From Octopus sinensis (taxonomy: Eukaryota): DNA of 64,000 bases. The position numbers were made by a program, and so were the translations under genes. The notes under the pieces were generated by a model. That model was not told where the DNA came from, searched no databases, and saw only the letters and a program-made list of their open reading frames with translations. Every line of letters starts with the position of its first letter. Position 1 is the first letter of the stretch. Shown here piece by piece: positions 50,525-62,468 of this stretch. The stretch spans positions 21,080,001 through 21,144,000 of the forward strand of contig NC_043021.1 of the NCBI RefSeq assembly GCF_006345805.1. The letters run 5' to 3'.

Positions 50525-53500
50525 TGTAGCAAGTATATGTTCACAGATTGCCTGTCTACCCTTAAGTACAGCAATTTGGTGGCGCATCAACAAGATCATG
50601 AATTTTCACATCGTTGGACTCACTTCTTTAGACCTTCTTACCACTACATCAGTCTTATACTGACCCGCATTGGCCAGCCAAATAGTGATTACATACTATT
50701 TTAAACCGTTTTGTATATTTTATAAAGACTCGCATTTTGAACTGTCTGCACTGTCTACAATGGTTTTTTGATTTTGATTTTTCCAGTTTCAGCTCATGAG
50801 CTGTGGCCATGCTGGGGTACCGCCATTAAAACGAATTTCCTGGCAGAGATTTGAAACCTCCACCTTTATTATGTCACTACTTCTAACACCTTACCTACTA
50901 GGCCATCAAAGTAGCAACGAAAGAGTGGTGAAAGAGTACAGCAGGGATCACCACCCCCTGCCGGAGCGTCGTGGAGCTTTTAAGTGTTTTCGCTCAATAA
51001 ACACTCACAACGCCCGGTCTGGGAATCGAAACCGAGATCCTGCGACCGCGAGTCCGCTGCCCTAACCACTGGGCCATTGCGCCTCCACCATTTTAACGAA
51101 CTTTGTTTATTCTCAGCCGATGCATTGAAAATTTCTATTTGACACTGTTTTTCTCATGTTTTTTTTTTTTTTACCCTTTTGCAATGCACTTCCTTTTTGT
51201 ATATTTTTGTTCTTACCGTTTGTTACACATATTCCTTTCTCGCTACAGTTTTTTTTATTTTGTGTGCTTTCGTACCTTTCCCTCGCAGTCAATTTACTGG
51301 TCAGAAGGTAATTGTAGCAAGTATATGGAATCTTTATTATAGGCACAATGGTCCGAATGAAAAGGGGACATAACAATACAGGACATGGGGTACAAAAATA
51401 CAGAAAGGATGGTATGAAATGAAATATTTACAATGAATTAAATGGAATGGCTTAAGAGCCCCCCAAAGCTCGCAGTTTCATTTGTGTTATCCGTAATGTC
51501 AGCGAGTAACTCTCCCTGTTCTATAACACCTGGCAAACTGTCATATCGAATGTATTGCATTACGCCTACAGCTATATTTGAATTTCTTAATTTCATTACC
51601 GTCTCTCTTTCTACAATTGCCGACTTTATTTGGTCATCGAATATCTTAATTGTAGCAAGTATATGTTCACAAATTGCCTACCTACTCTTAAGTACCCAAA
51701 TATAGGCTCATACGCGTGTTTTCTGCAAGTGGTCACATGAGCTGGTGACGTAATGGTCGAGTCCTTCTAGATTTTACAGGCTATCATCCCATCACGTAAC
51801 AGGCCAGCCGAGCGCAGGCAATTTAGGTTTGCTCGCTGGAGCCGAAAATCAGCTTTAAAGTGAGGCTTTGCTCCCACTTTTCTCCAGTGTGGTGGGAAGG
51901 TCGAGTTCGGATCTCGGAGGTTTATTTTGCAGGTAGCATTGACGCGTATGTCTGTTCCTGTCTTCCAACAGAAACCACGACACATATTTGTTTTCCTGTT
52001 CTACACCGCATACATCATCAAGTTCCAACTGTCTGAGAAACCAACATGTTTATTTTCTGACAGTATAGTTAATGTTATAACAACCTTTGCTGTACCTTCC
52101 ATTAGGCGTTGAAATAAAGTGTGTCCGTAAATTGCAACTACTCTTGTCTTCGTATTTCTTTTCGCTGTTATACAAGACTCATTTGGAACCCTGAAATTAT
52201 AATGTTACCCGGGCCAGAGCACATTATTTCAACTCCTAAAATTGGTGACCGACCGACGTGATTTACTGCTGCTAGCGACGAGTAAATTCGTTCTTCGTGA
52301 AAAATAAATTTTCTTTTATAGGCGAAATTCTCTACATCTCTGAATTACTAGGCGAATGGCTTGGTCAGAACTTTCACTGTACACTCTGCTAGAGATGTTC
52401 CAACCCGAGAAACCTCACGGTTAATTTTTTTTTTTTTCAACAATTTTCCATTTGCAAGTCCTTGCGTGTAAGATGTCGTTTCACATTCAAACACTACCTT
52501 TTCCTGCTATCTTTCATGACTGTACAGCGTCATTCTGCTTGTTGAATATTTCTAATTAAGTATTCACCCGTTTTTTGGTGCTTTTGTCACCTACAGTGCA
52601 ACATCCTCGTCCTAATCCGTTCCCGTGTCATATTTCTTTCTTTTCTTTCTTCTACTATTCGCTTCGTCATACTTCAACGTCGCCATGTTTGTTCGAATTG
52701 CTGTTGCGAAAATGTTTGCCTCTGCGTTGGAAATTCGATTACCCCATTTCTCACGGCCGAAGAATTGGGGAACTTCAAATTTTTTTTTCAATTGCAAGGT
52801 AGTTTTTATCCTGTCGGTCACTGTTTTTCAGCTCCGATGTCAGATTATGTGGAGGGTAAATCTCTGGCCGGTTAAATCTCATGACGGCGTCTTGAGGTAA
52901 CGCCTCTCTACTGTACCTTAGTTCCTCATCACTGGTCACCTTCACGCATCATCGCATCCATTGGCGCCAATTCAAATTTGACGAAAGCTTGTCCAATTTC
53001 TTTTCATCAACATCTTGGATTCCAGCATTTCGTCACCACGGTGCCAGTAGACTTTTGTCGCCGCCTGCCAAGATTTTATTTCAACCCGTTACCCCGTGGG
53101 AGATTCATGTCGCCATTTTGCCGCCAGCAAGTTATAGCAACCAACAACTTACGATCAGTTTTTCGTACCAACGTATATCTCGTACCACTATTTCCACCAC
53201 CGCAAGCTCATTACAAAACTTTCTGTTTTGCTTGTCATAAGTCATTTCTCCATTTCATTTGACAAAAGAACTTTTTTGGTTACAGCTTACGAACGACCAG
53301 TAAGTATCTATTTATATCTTTTCTGCTCACCGAAAATACTTTTTTCCATGCTTTTCGCCTTGTTTCTGGCCAGCAACTTTCACCTACAAGACGTTATATG
53401 TCGATAAGCTTTTATGGTTTAAGCGCGTGCAACATTTTCTCATTTTTTTCCCCCCAACTTACTCTAATTGGTCAACTGTTACAGCTACATGTCTTACTTT

Positions 53501-53933
53501 ATGTATACCTATACGAAGTTACGAGAATTTTCTCGGTATAACTTCTACAGAAAAATTATCCCACCTTACACTATGATGTTGCTTTGCACAGTACTGATTA
53601 TATTGACTTGGAGCATCAACAATCACGAATTTTCGTATGGTTAGACTCACTTCTTTTGACCTTCTTACCACTACAATAGTCTTATACTGGCCCGCGTAGA
53701 CCAACTAAATAGCGCTTACATACTATTTTAAACTGTTTTGTATTTTTTATAAAGATTCACATTTTGAACTGTCTGTGCTGTTTTCAATGGTTCTCAACCA
53801 TTTTAACGAATTTTTGGTTATTCTCAGTTGATGTATTGTAAATTTCTATTTGACTCTGTTTTGCTCATGTTCTTTTACCCTTTTGTACATCTTTGTTCTT
53901 ACCATTTGTTATACATATTTCTTTCTTGCTACA
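50525..53933 (-). mobile_element. Candidate old LTR-bounded element (two ~400-bp direct repeats)
   Basis: 50590-51247 (minus a SINE insert) resembles 53600-53933. Outer termini are TGTAGCAAG ... CTTGCTACA. No clean TSD, PBS or intact ORF. Confidence 0.45.
50768..51086 (-). mobile_element. SINE with family C head and a B-like 3' tail, inserted in the left direct repeat
   Basis: Head 50925-51086; tail ggcggtaccccagcatggccacagctcatgagctgaaactggaaaa; same pairing at 30615-30815. Confidence 0.8.
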
Positions 53934-53955
53934 GCTTTTTTCTGGTGGAGCGATA

Positions 53956-54186
53956 GAGTGGTTGTATACTGTCAACTTAACGTGACAGTCCCGTAAGGGA
54001 ATTATACTACCGCTGTTTAGCCCTAGGAAGCATCGACGCTTCCTGTCGGCCTTGACACATTTCTTGTGTCCTTATATATTTACGAAGGGGAGACAAACAC
54101 CCCCAGCAGGCCTAGCTGTTGGGGGTGTTTGTCTCCCCTCTTCCCTTACGGGACTGTCACGTTATGTTGACAGTATACAACCACTC
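53956..54186. mobile_element. TA-flanked MITE with 45-bp TIRs and three internal hairpins
   Basis: GAGTGGTTGTATACTGTCAAC(T/A)TAACGTGACAGTCCCGTAAGGGA at both ends (one mismatch), with TA on each flank. Confidence 0.85.
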
Positions 54187-54221
54187 TATTGTATTTTTAT
54201 TGTTTATAAAATCTAATGTGT

Positions 54222-54530
54222 AGGCGTAATGGCCCAAAGGTTAGGGCAGCGGACTCGCAGTCGTAGGATCACGGTTTCGATTCCCAGACCAGGCGTTGTG
54301 GGTGTTTATTGAGCGAAAACACCTAAAGCTCCACGAGGCTCCGGCAGAGGGTGTTGGCGATACCTGCTGTACTCTTCCGCCACAACTTTCTCTCACTCTT
54401 TCTTCTGTGGCCTGCTCGCTTAGCCAACGGGGTGGCGTCATTTGAAGGCTAAAACAATGCGAAGCGCGTTGTGACCAGCGATGTGTAGCAATATCTGATA
54501 GCCTGATCGGTCACAGTGATCACGGTGATA
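54222..54530 (+). mobile_element. SINE family C
   Basis: Consensus. Confidence 0.88.
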
Positions 54531-55455
54531 AAATATAATATGATGGCAATTTGATGAAAATTTAGATAATTTAATAATTACATATATAACATGCATGTAT
54601 AAGGCAGTGCCATCTTCGGTCGTGAAGATGGAGACTTTTTTAATTGCAGCAGACTTCTTATGTTTAACGCAAAATTTCACGTTGGCTCCTGGTTCTTATT
54701 TCTTTATTGCTCACAAGGGGCTAAACATAGAGGGGACAAAGAGCGGTGTCATATGAAATTGTCACCCATAATTATGACCCTATTGCATTTCAATCTATTT
54801 TAGGGTTAGGGTTAGTTAAGGGTGGGGGGGAGGGTATCTTTTTTCTTCACAAATGTAAATAAACCTAATCTGTTTCTTAAACGAGTGACATATTCATACG
54901 GCACAGAATGTTTTTTTTACCTCAATAGAGGTCGTTGAAATTGCCGAAATGCAAGAAATTAAAGACCAAATATCTTACAAACTATAGAATTTTCTCAATA
55001 AAGCCAAGAGAAAAGATGTTTTATAAACACATTCTACCAGTATACGAAGTTTAACATTTTTTTAGTTAACTAGAAATTATATTAAAAACTGCCGTCCAAA
55101 CCGAAAAGATCCCAAATGCCTAAATCCGGTGCTCTTTGCCACAGTACTCTCTTTCCGTTGACTAAAGTATTAAGAAAAAAAAAAAAAAAAATGAAAGGAA
55201 GAAACAGTCTTAATGAGATTTCTGTGATATCTTAATTCTTTATTCCTGAGAGAGATGAGTAAAAAGAAAACTATAACGAGCTGACAGGATTCGAAATATG
55301 AACGTAAATGATGGAGTAATACGTTTCGTTTTTGTAGTGTATCTTTTCCAGTCAAATTATCGGTTGAAAAAGAAAAAAAAATGCCATGTTAGTTAACTTC
55401 AAAAGACGGCAAAATCAACCTACGGGTGATAACATATTTGATGTAGAAATCTCCA

Positions 55456-55489
<34 letters not shown>

Positions 55490-55689
55490 TTATCAAAATC
55501 TCTCACTGATGAGACTAATCATTTTTCTGATTGACTAAAGGGAAAAAAGAAAGCAAGGAGCAGGAGAATTCCTTGGAAAGTTAATTAGTTTAATTAAATT
55601 AAGGATGGCATTGATGTGTGTGTTTAACACTATGGAGATAACTCTGGCTATGGAATATTGGTTTCAGATTTTGGTGTAAGGTCAGCAAG

Positions 55690-56275
55690 CGCCGGGGAAG
55701 GGGTAAGTCGAGTACATCGATCCCCTCCAGTTCTCAACTCGTACTCGTTTTATCGATCTCGAAAGAATGAAAGACAAAGTTGACCGCGGCGGAATTTGAA
55801 CTCAGAACTTTAAATTGGATGAAATGCCGCTAAGCATTTTGCCCGGCGTGCTAACGATTCTTATCTCTTTACTGCCCACAAGGGGCTACACACAGAGGGG
55901 ACAAGCAAGGACAGACAAACGGATTAAGTCGATTATATCGACCCCAGTGCGTAACTGGTACTTATTTAATCGACCCCGAAAGGATGAAAAGCAAAGTCGA
56001 CCTCGGCAGAATTTGAACTCAGAACATAGCCGCAGACCAAATACCTATTTCTTTACTACCCACAAGGGGCTTAACACAGAGAGGACAAACAGGGACAGAC
56101 AAACGGATTAACTCGATTACATCGACCCCAGTGCGTAACTGGTACTTATTTAATCGACCCCGAAAGGATGAAAAGCATAGTCGACCTCGGCGGAATTTGA
56201 ACTCTGAACGTAACGGCAGACGAAATGCCGCTAAGCATTTCGCCCGGCTTGCTAATGATTCTGCCACATCGCTGA
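55690..56275 (-). mobile_element. SINE family A: two-body tandem (55860-56275) plus an adjacent older copy
   Basis: One head at about 56270, with bodies 56041-56227 and 55860-56040. Confidence 0.88.
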
Positions 56276-56539
56276 CTTTCCGGATATGAAATACTGTCTA
56301 ACTGATGCCTTAGGTCTAAAACCGGACATTGACAACATAAAACATCTTGTCACCAGGCAGACCGCACTACAAAAAATATTCGAGACAATTTTTCTTTAGG
56401 TGTGCTATTCAGAATGTCTTGCGGGTCGCCTTTTTGCTCATGACTGATGTGGGCCGTCAGTAAGGAAATTTCTATGTTGTCACTCGACCTGCTCGAACTA
56501 GTAGTCAAATTTCTCTCAGCTCGTACCAGCTGTCTTCAT

Positions 56540-56757
56540 AAAAGGAATGACACATTCTTTAGTCCTTTATGCGTGTTAACTGTTAGGTATTTCGAGCATT
56601 TATCGTCTACTCTAACTTGTAGGTACGCGTCAGAGAGATCCAATTTAGAAAATATCTTTCCTCTGTTTAATCTCGCAAAAATATCCTTCGGGTTAGGTAG
56701 CGGATAGTGGCACGTTTTAAGACATTCGTTCAAACCACTGGAAAAGCCACCGCACAT
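56540..56757 (-). pseudogene. Ty3/Gypsy reverse transcriptase fragment
   Basis: CGGFSSGLNECLKTCHYPLPNPKDIFARLNRGKIFSKLDLSDAYLQVRVDDKCSKYLTVNTHKGL matches the Gypsy RT YPLP / FSKLDLxxAYxQ / INTHKGL block. Confidence 0.88.
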
Positions 56758-57044
56758 TCTGATCTTATTTATTATTATTATTTTTTTATATACACAATTG
56801 GTGTTGCCGATTTAGAATTTCCACATTTTGGATAACTCCATTTTTTTCCTAGTCTCTCTAGTTTTTCATTGACACATTGGATAATGCTAGGCCTAGATAC
56901 ATTATGCATGAGAAACAAAGATGAAACGTTTACTTTTGATGGTAGATCCTTCTGCATCGAGTTTCGAGGTTGAGCAAGAATAACAATCCCAGAAGGAAAG
57001 ACAGAATAAACACACTAAAACAATATATGTGCCATCAGGACTAG

Positions 57045-57418
57045 GGTAAAAGGAAAAGACCCTCTTCGGTCATGAATGACCATGGAATTGCAGCTGGAAA
57101 GTTACCCTCCGAGGCACAAGTCCGGGCAAGGTTATTTATGGAAGACCAAGGTTATTTATGGAAGACCAAGGTTATTTATGGTTGCCCACGAATAACAGCC
57201 TCCCTTCTCCATACCACCAATGTTATCCAAAGGAAAGGCAAAAGCCGATACAGCTTGGCATCAGATACGATGTTGCAACTCATTTCTACAGCTGAGTGAA
57301 CTGGATTAATGTGAAATAAAGTGTCTTGCTCATAAACACAACAAACAGCTCGGTCCAGGAATCGAATGCACTATCTCATGATTGTGAGCTTGACGCTCTA
57401 ACCACTGAGCCATGCATC
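57045..57418 (-). mobile_element. SINE family E with an internal 20-bp tandem duplication
   Basis: Homologous to 28036-28359; aaggttatttatgg(aagacc) occurs three times at about 57128-57181. Confidence 0.8.
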
Positions 57419-57989
57419 TTTTCGACTACTGATTGACATGAGTGCAGTGTCCTTAACTCGGATGACCCTGTAAAGGAACTGTCTGGAACAGGTTGGGTCT
57501 TTTGCACTGTTTGGGTGCAACACAATTTCCTTCTTTGTTTCCAAAAACTACCGGAGTCAGAAACAAGAAAGCAACCTTAAGAACTATGACACTTTATTTC
57601 GTTATTTACATAAAGAAGGTAAATTGGTAACCACTTGGTGTAGATACAGCAAGACTGAGGTTAAACATTTGTAAAGATAAACCTCACAAAACCTCGCAAC
57701 AGAGCCGGTCAAATCCCAAGCGTCTGGGACAGGAGAATAGGCTGATAACACGTTAAACACGTCTTCTCTCTTCAACGAACGCCATAGAATTCTTGTTCCC
57801 AGTTTTTAGCGCATGTGCATTAGGGAACTTCCTTAGGCCTTTCCAGAAGGTTCCAGCCCCGCACAAGCACACTGAAGAATGACGTTACTACAACCCAATA
57901 GTTAAGTTTGCACCAATGTGTGGCACTTCGGGCAAGCGTCTTCACCTACTGTCCCGGTTCGACCAGAAATCGTTTTGAGCAGATTTGGT

Positions 57990-58380
57990 AGACCAGAAAC
58001 TAGGGTTGGCTTTGTGGAAAGGAGTTTGCTTCTCATCCACATGGTTCCGGGTTCAGTCTCACTGCCTGTCAACATTGGGTAAGTGTCTACTTTAGTACCA
58101 CGCCAGCCAAAGCCTTGTGAGCGGGTTTTGTAGATAGAAAACGAAAGAAGCTAGTCGTGTGTGTGTCACTGTCTCTTCGTCTTAACATCGGTTTATAGTT
58201 GTAAACGAGTGACACCGTCGTACAAGTGGCGTCCTTCGGTTCCAGACTTCCGTAAGAACATGTTTGATTATGGGGAAATGTTATCTTACTTGGAAACAGG
58301 GAAGGAGTGGCGACAGAAAGCGCATTCAGACGGAGAAAAATCAGCTTCAACGAATTCCTTCCGACCCAGATCGGGCTCAG
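57990..58380 (+). mobile_element. Degenerate B-like head joined to an RTE-like tail
   Basis: ccacatggttccgggttcagtc...gaaagaagc, then ggagtggcgacagaaagcgcattcag. Confidence 0.5.
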
Positions 58381-58400
58381 GAAACAAGAAAAATACTCAA

Positions 58401-59183
58401 ACCTATTTCTTTACTACCCACAAGGAGCTAAACACAGAGGGGACAAACAAGGACAGACAAACGGATTAAGTCGATTACATCGACCCCAGTGCGTAACTGG
58501 TACTTAATTTATCGACCCCGAAAGGATGAAAGGCAAAGTCGACCTCGGCGGAATTTGAACTCAGAAGGTAACGGCGGACGAAATACTTATTTTTTACTAC
58601 CCACAAGGGGCGCAACATAGAGGGGACAAACAAGGACAGACAAACGGATTAAGTCGATTACATCGACCCCAGTGCGTAACTGGTACTTAATTTATCGACC
58701 CGGAAAGGATAAAAGGCAAAGTCGACCTCGGCGGAATTTGAACTCAGAAGGTAACGGCGGACGAAATACTTATTTTTTACTACCCACAAGGGGCTAAACA
58801 CAGAGGGGACAAACAAGGACAGACAAACGGATTAAATTGATTACATCGACCCCCAGTGCGTAACTGTTACTTAATTTATCGACCCCGAAAGGATGAAAGG
58901 CAAAGTCGACCTCGGCGGAATTTGAACTCAGAAGGTAACGGCGGACGAAATACTTATTTTTTACTACCCACAAGGGGCTAAACACAGAGGGGACAAACAA
59001 GGACAGACAAACGGATTAAATTGATTACATCGACTCTCAGTGCGTAACTGTTACTTAATTTATCGACCCCGAAAGGATGAAAGGCAAAGTCGACCTCGGC
59101 GGAATTTGAACCCAGAACGTAACGGCAGACGAAATACGGCTACGCATTTTTGCCCGGCGTGCTAACGTTTCTGCCAGCTCGCC
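58401..59183 (-). mobile_element. SINE family A with one head and four tandem ~184-bp bodies
   Basis: Units 58401-58586, 58587-58769, 58770-58953 and 58954-59137; head 59138-59183. Confidence 0.95.
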
Positions 59184-59373
59184 ATGAAAAAAAAATATCC
59201 AGCAACATTGAGACAATCACGACGATCGATCTGTGTGTGTGGGACTTGGCTTGAGAAAAGAAAAAAAAATTCCAAAAAAAAAAGAAAAAAACTAACGAAA
59301 AGCTCTGATATACAAGTATGGGAGATAACCGCTTCGTATGATGCGATGTCAGTGACCTCCCTTGGCATGCCTA

Positions 59374-59385
59374 CGCGCATGCGCA
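59374..59385. promoter_or_regulatory. NRF1 consensus site CGCGCATGCGCA
   Basis: Exact match to YGCGCAYGCGCR in unique CpG-rich sequence; YY1-like GCCATGTTG at 59400-59408. Confidence 0.6.
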
Positions 59386-59389
59386 TCTG

Positions 59390-59587
59390 TAGTCACACAG
59401 CCATGTTGAATAACAGACGCCTTTTGTTTTGGTGATGTTTTATCGTGGATATCGTTTATTACACTGACTGACACCTAATCGGCTTAATTAACTTCAAACA
59501 ACACCTGCTTTATTTTTCTCACCTTTGTGATTTTTTTTCAGTGAAACTTAACGCTCGAATATCTCTCTTTGGCTTTTTATTCACCAG
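59390..59587 (+). other. Candidate first (5' UTR) exon of a plus-strand gene
   Basis: Ends at a strong CAG|GTAAGG donor (59588). The only ATG ORF is 10 codons (MLNNRRLLFW*). The TSS position is inferred. Confidence 0.4.
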
Positions 59588-59939
59588 GTAAGGCCGTAAT
59601 TTTTTGAAGTTTCATTTATTGAATGTATATTTTGGTTCCAGCGTACCAGTCGTATATACGCGTATACGCACATATATACGCACGTATGTATAGATATATG
59701 CGTGTAGATGCGTCCAGGGTACGTATGTTGATGCATGTGTGTGTACGTTTGCGTGCATGCCTGCGTTTGTGGGTGTGTATGCGTATGGTGATGTCTGTGC
59801 GCTTATTTCTGTCGTCGGCTAAAAAAAAAAAAAAAAAAAAAAAAAAACAACAACAACAGCCGTGCTTTCGACTCCTTTCACTTTCCGCAAGAGCAGAAGA
59901 CACTCGGTCTGTACTTATATATGTACACCCACCACCGCG

Positions 59940-59971
<32 letters not shown>

Positions 59972-60059
59972 TAAACATACATGCATATATATATATATAT
60001 TATATAAATATGTAAATAAATTTATATACACATTTCCATACAGACACCATTCACACGCG

Positions 60060-60541
60060 CGCACACGTTATATATATATGTGTATATATGTATATATATG
60101 TATATGTATATATTTGTATATGTATTTGTATATGTATATATTTGTATATGTATATATTTGTATATGTATATATTTGTATATGTATATATTTGTATATGTA
60201 TATATTTGTATATGTATATATTTATTTGTATATGTATATATTTATTTGTATATGTGTATATATATTTGTATATGTGTATATATATTTGTATATGTGTATA
60301 TATATTTGTATATGTGTATATATATTTGTATATGTGTATATATATTTGTATATGTGTATATATATTTGTATATGTATATATATATATTTGTATATGTATA
60401 TATATATATTTGTATATGTATATATATATATTTGTATATGTATATATATATATTTGTATATGTATATATATATATTTGTATATGTATATTTGTATTTGTA
60501 TATGTATATTTGTATTTGTATGTATATGTGTATATGTATGT

Positions 60542-60582
<41 letters not shown>

Positions 60583-60640
60583 TATATATGTATATGTATA
60601 TATATATATATTATATATATGCATGCATATATGTATATAT
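60060..60640. repeat. (TATATTTGTATATG)-type AT-rich minisatellite
   Basis: Directly visible; units of about 14-24 bp. Confidence 0.93.
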
Positions 60641-60812
60641 AATTGATGTGGAGGTTGTTAAAATATATCATTGCGGATAAATTATTAGCGATGGAGAAAA
60701 AAAATTAAATACAAACTTTATCTTTTTTTCTTTCGTTTATATTACGTTTTGTTTATTCCGAAATACCCACCTACACGCACCTTTCGTTGTGTGTATGTAT
60801 GTATGCATGAAT

Positions 60813-60944
<132 letters not shown>

Positions 60945-61225
60945 ATACACATATACACGCTGAGAAACTCTTCCGAAAAATGCATTATTATCCCCATATC
61001 CAGTTTACATATGTATTTACATAAAAACCTATATATATAAGATATCCTTTTTCTCCATCGTGTTTATATACATACATACATATAATTGATTGTTGTGCAA
61101 CCGCCGTGGATGTTTTACTTGTTTCGAGAATTAAATTCTCTGAAATTTTTCCAGGCTAAATTTCCGATATGTCTTTAGAAAGTAAGAATTCAAATGTTAA
61201 ATACGATAGCACAAACGTATGTTTT

Positions 61226-61270
<45 letters not shown>

Positions 61271-61517
61271 TGTACGTATGTATATGTATCACACGCTCAC
61301 AAACAAGCATATATATATATATATATGTAGATACAGTTCCATCTTAAGGCATTTGCACGTGAACTTGTTGCCCGAGGACACCACTGGTCAAGAGACCCAG
61401 TGCTGGTCAATGTGTGTTGGGGTTTGCAGTCAATAAATAAATACACGTCTCAGTGCATTGCTATGCTTGGTGCCGCGTAAGGCTGTTAAGACGGCTTATA
61501 TATATATATATATATAT

Positions 61518-61860
61518 ATTCTTGTTTCAGTCATTTGACAGCAGCCAAGCTGGAGCACCAACTTCAGTCGAACAAATCGACCCTGGGATTTATTCTTTGT
61601 AAGCCTAGTATTTAGTCTGTCGGTCTCTTTTTTTGCCGAACCGCTAAGTGACGGGGACGTAAACACACCAACATCGGTTGTCAACACAGATACAAATAAC
61701 AAATACATGCATATACATACATATACGACGGGCTTCTTTCAGTTTCCGTCTACCAAATCCACTCACAAGGCTTTGGTCGACCTGAGACTATAGTAGAAGC
61801 CACTTGCCCAAAGTGCCATGCAGTGGGATTGAACCATGTGGTTCTTACCACACAGCTACT
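61518..61860 (-). mobile_element. SINE family B (degenerate head)
   Basis: Consensus tail and body. Confidence 0.85.
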
Positions 61861-61875
61861 CACACACATACACAT

Positions 61876-61907
<32 letters not shown>

Positions 61908-62199
61908 TGAACCATAAGCATTATGAACCTAGTGGAGCCAACTCCACTGTAGGGTTGAACCCAGTTTATTTCTTTCAAAGTGAAAGTACGTGTTAGGAGA
62001 AAGAGAGGGAAGACTAATCAGTTGCCCGTATGTGACTTGTACTTTGTTTATCGACCCTGAATGAGCTTATGTGTGAGCTTATGTGTGAGCTTATTGTGTG
62101 AGCTTATGAAAGTTGCAGAAAAGAGGTCTTGAAAAAAAAAATGTTTAGGCTCATCATGAGATGCATTTTCACTTTGCACCATGTTGTCCACCTTGTGAG

Positions 62200-62440
62200 A
62201 CAATTGCAGGAGTCTCTACATTGCATTCTCTGGCCCAGAGAAAGTTTTAACAAGATCCTTTACTCTGTCATCTGGTGGGCTGCTAAGGAAATAAGAAGTA
62301 GATGAATAGCTTGTGTGGGCTGTACCAACGGTGTACTGAGATGCTCTCAGCCAGTTGAGATAAAAAAAAAAATGGGTTCAATGATGAATTTTACAATGCA
62401 TGAGTTTAAGATTGGCTGTTTGTTAGGTACTCCTGTATGC
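62200..62440 (+). pseudogene. Decayed RTE reverse transcriptase fragment
   Basis: SFNKILYSVIWW and EVDE*LVWAVPTVY*DALSQLR resemble the RTE RT AFDRVP..IWW / IDEWLVRAV..MY.DA.S.VR block. Confidence 0.55.
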
Positions 62441-62468
62441 TGGAGGCCCTGTTCTTACAGCAGAATAT

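Noticed and set aside
54800-54822. TTAGGG repeats (also CCCTAA at ~41450) as interstitial telomere
   Set aside because: Only about two units each, apparently inside dispersed repeats.
57508-57892. Possible solo LTR near the Gypsy RT fragment (minus strand starts TGTAGT, contains AATAAA)
   Set aside because: No matching inverted terminus, TSD or second copy in the window.
58401-59183. Regular repeat array as a possible CRISPR
   Set aside because: Units are ~184 bp with no unique spacers, the context is eukaryotic, and no cas genes are present.
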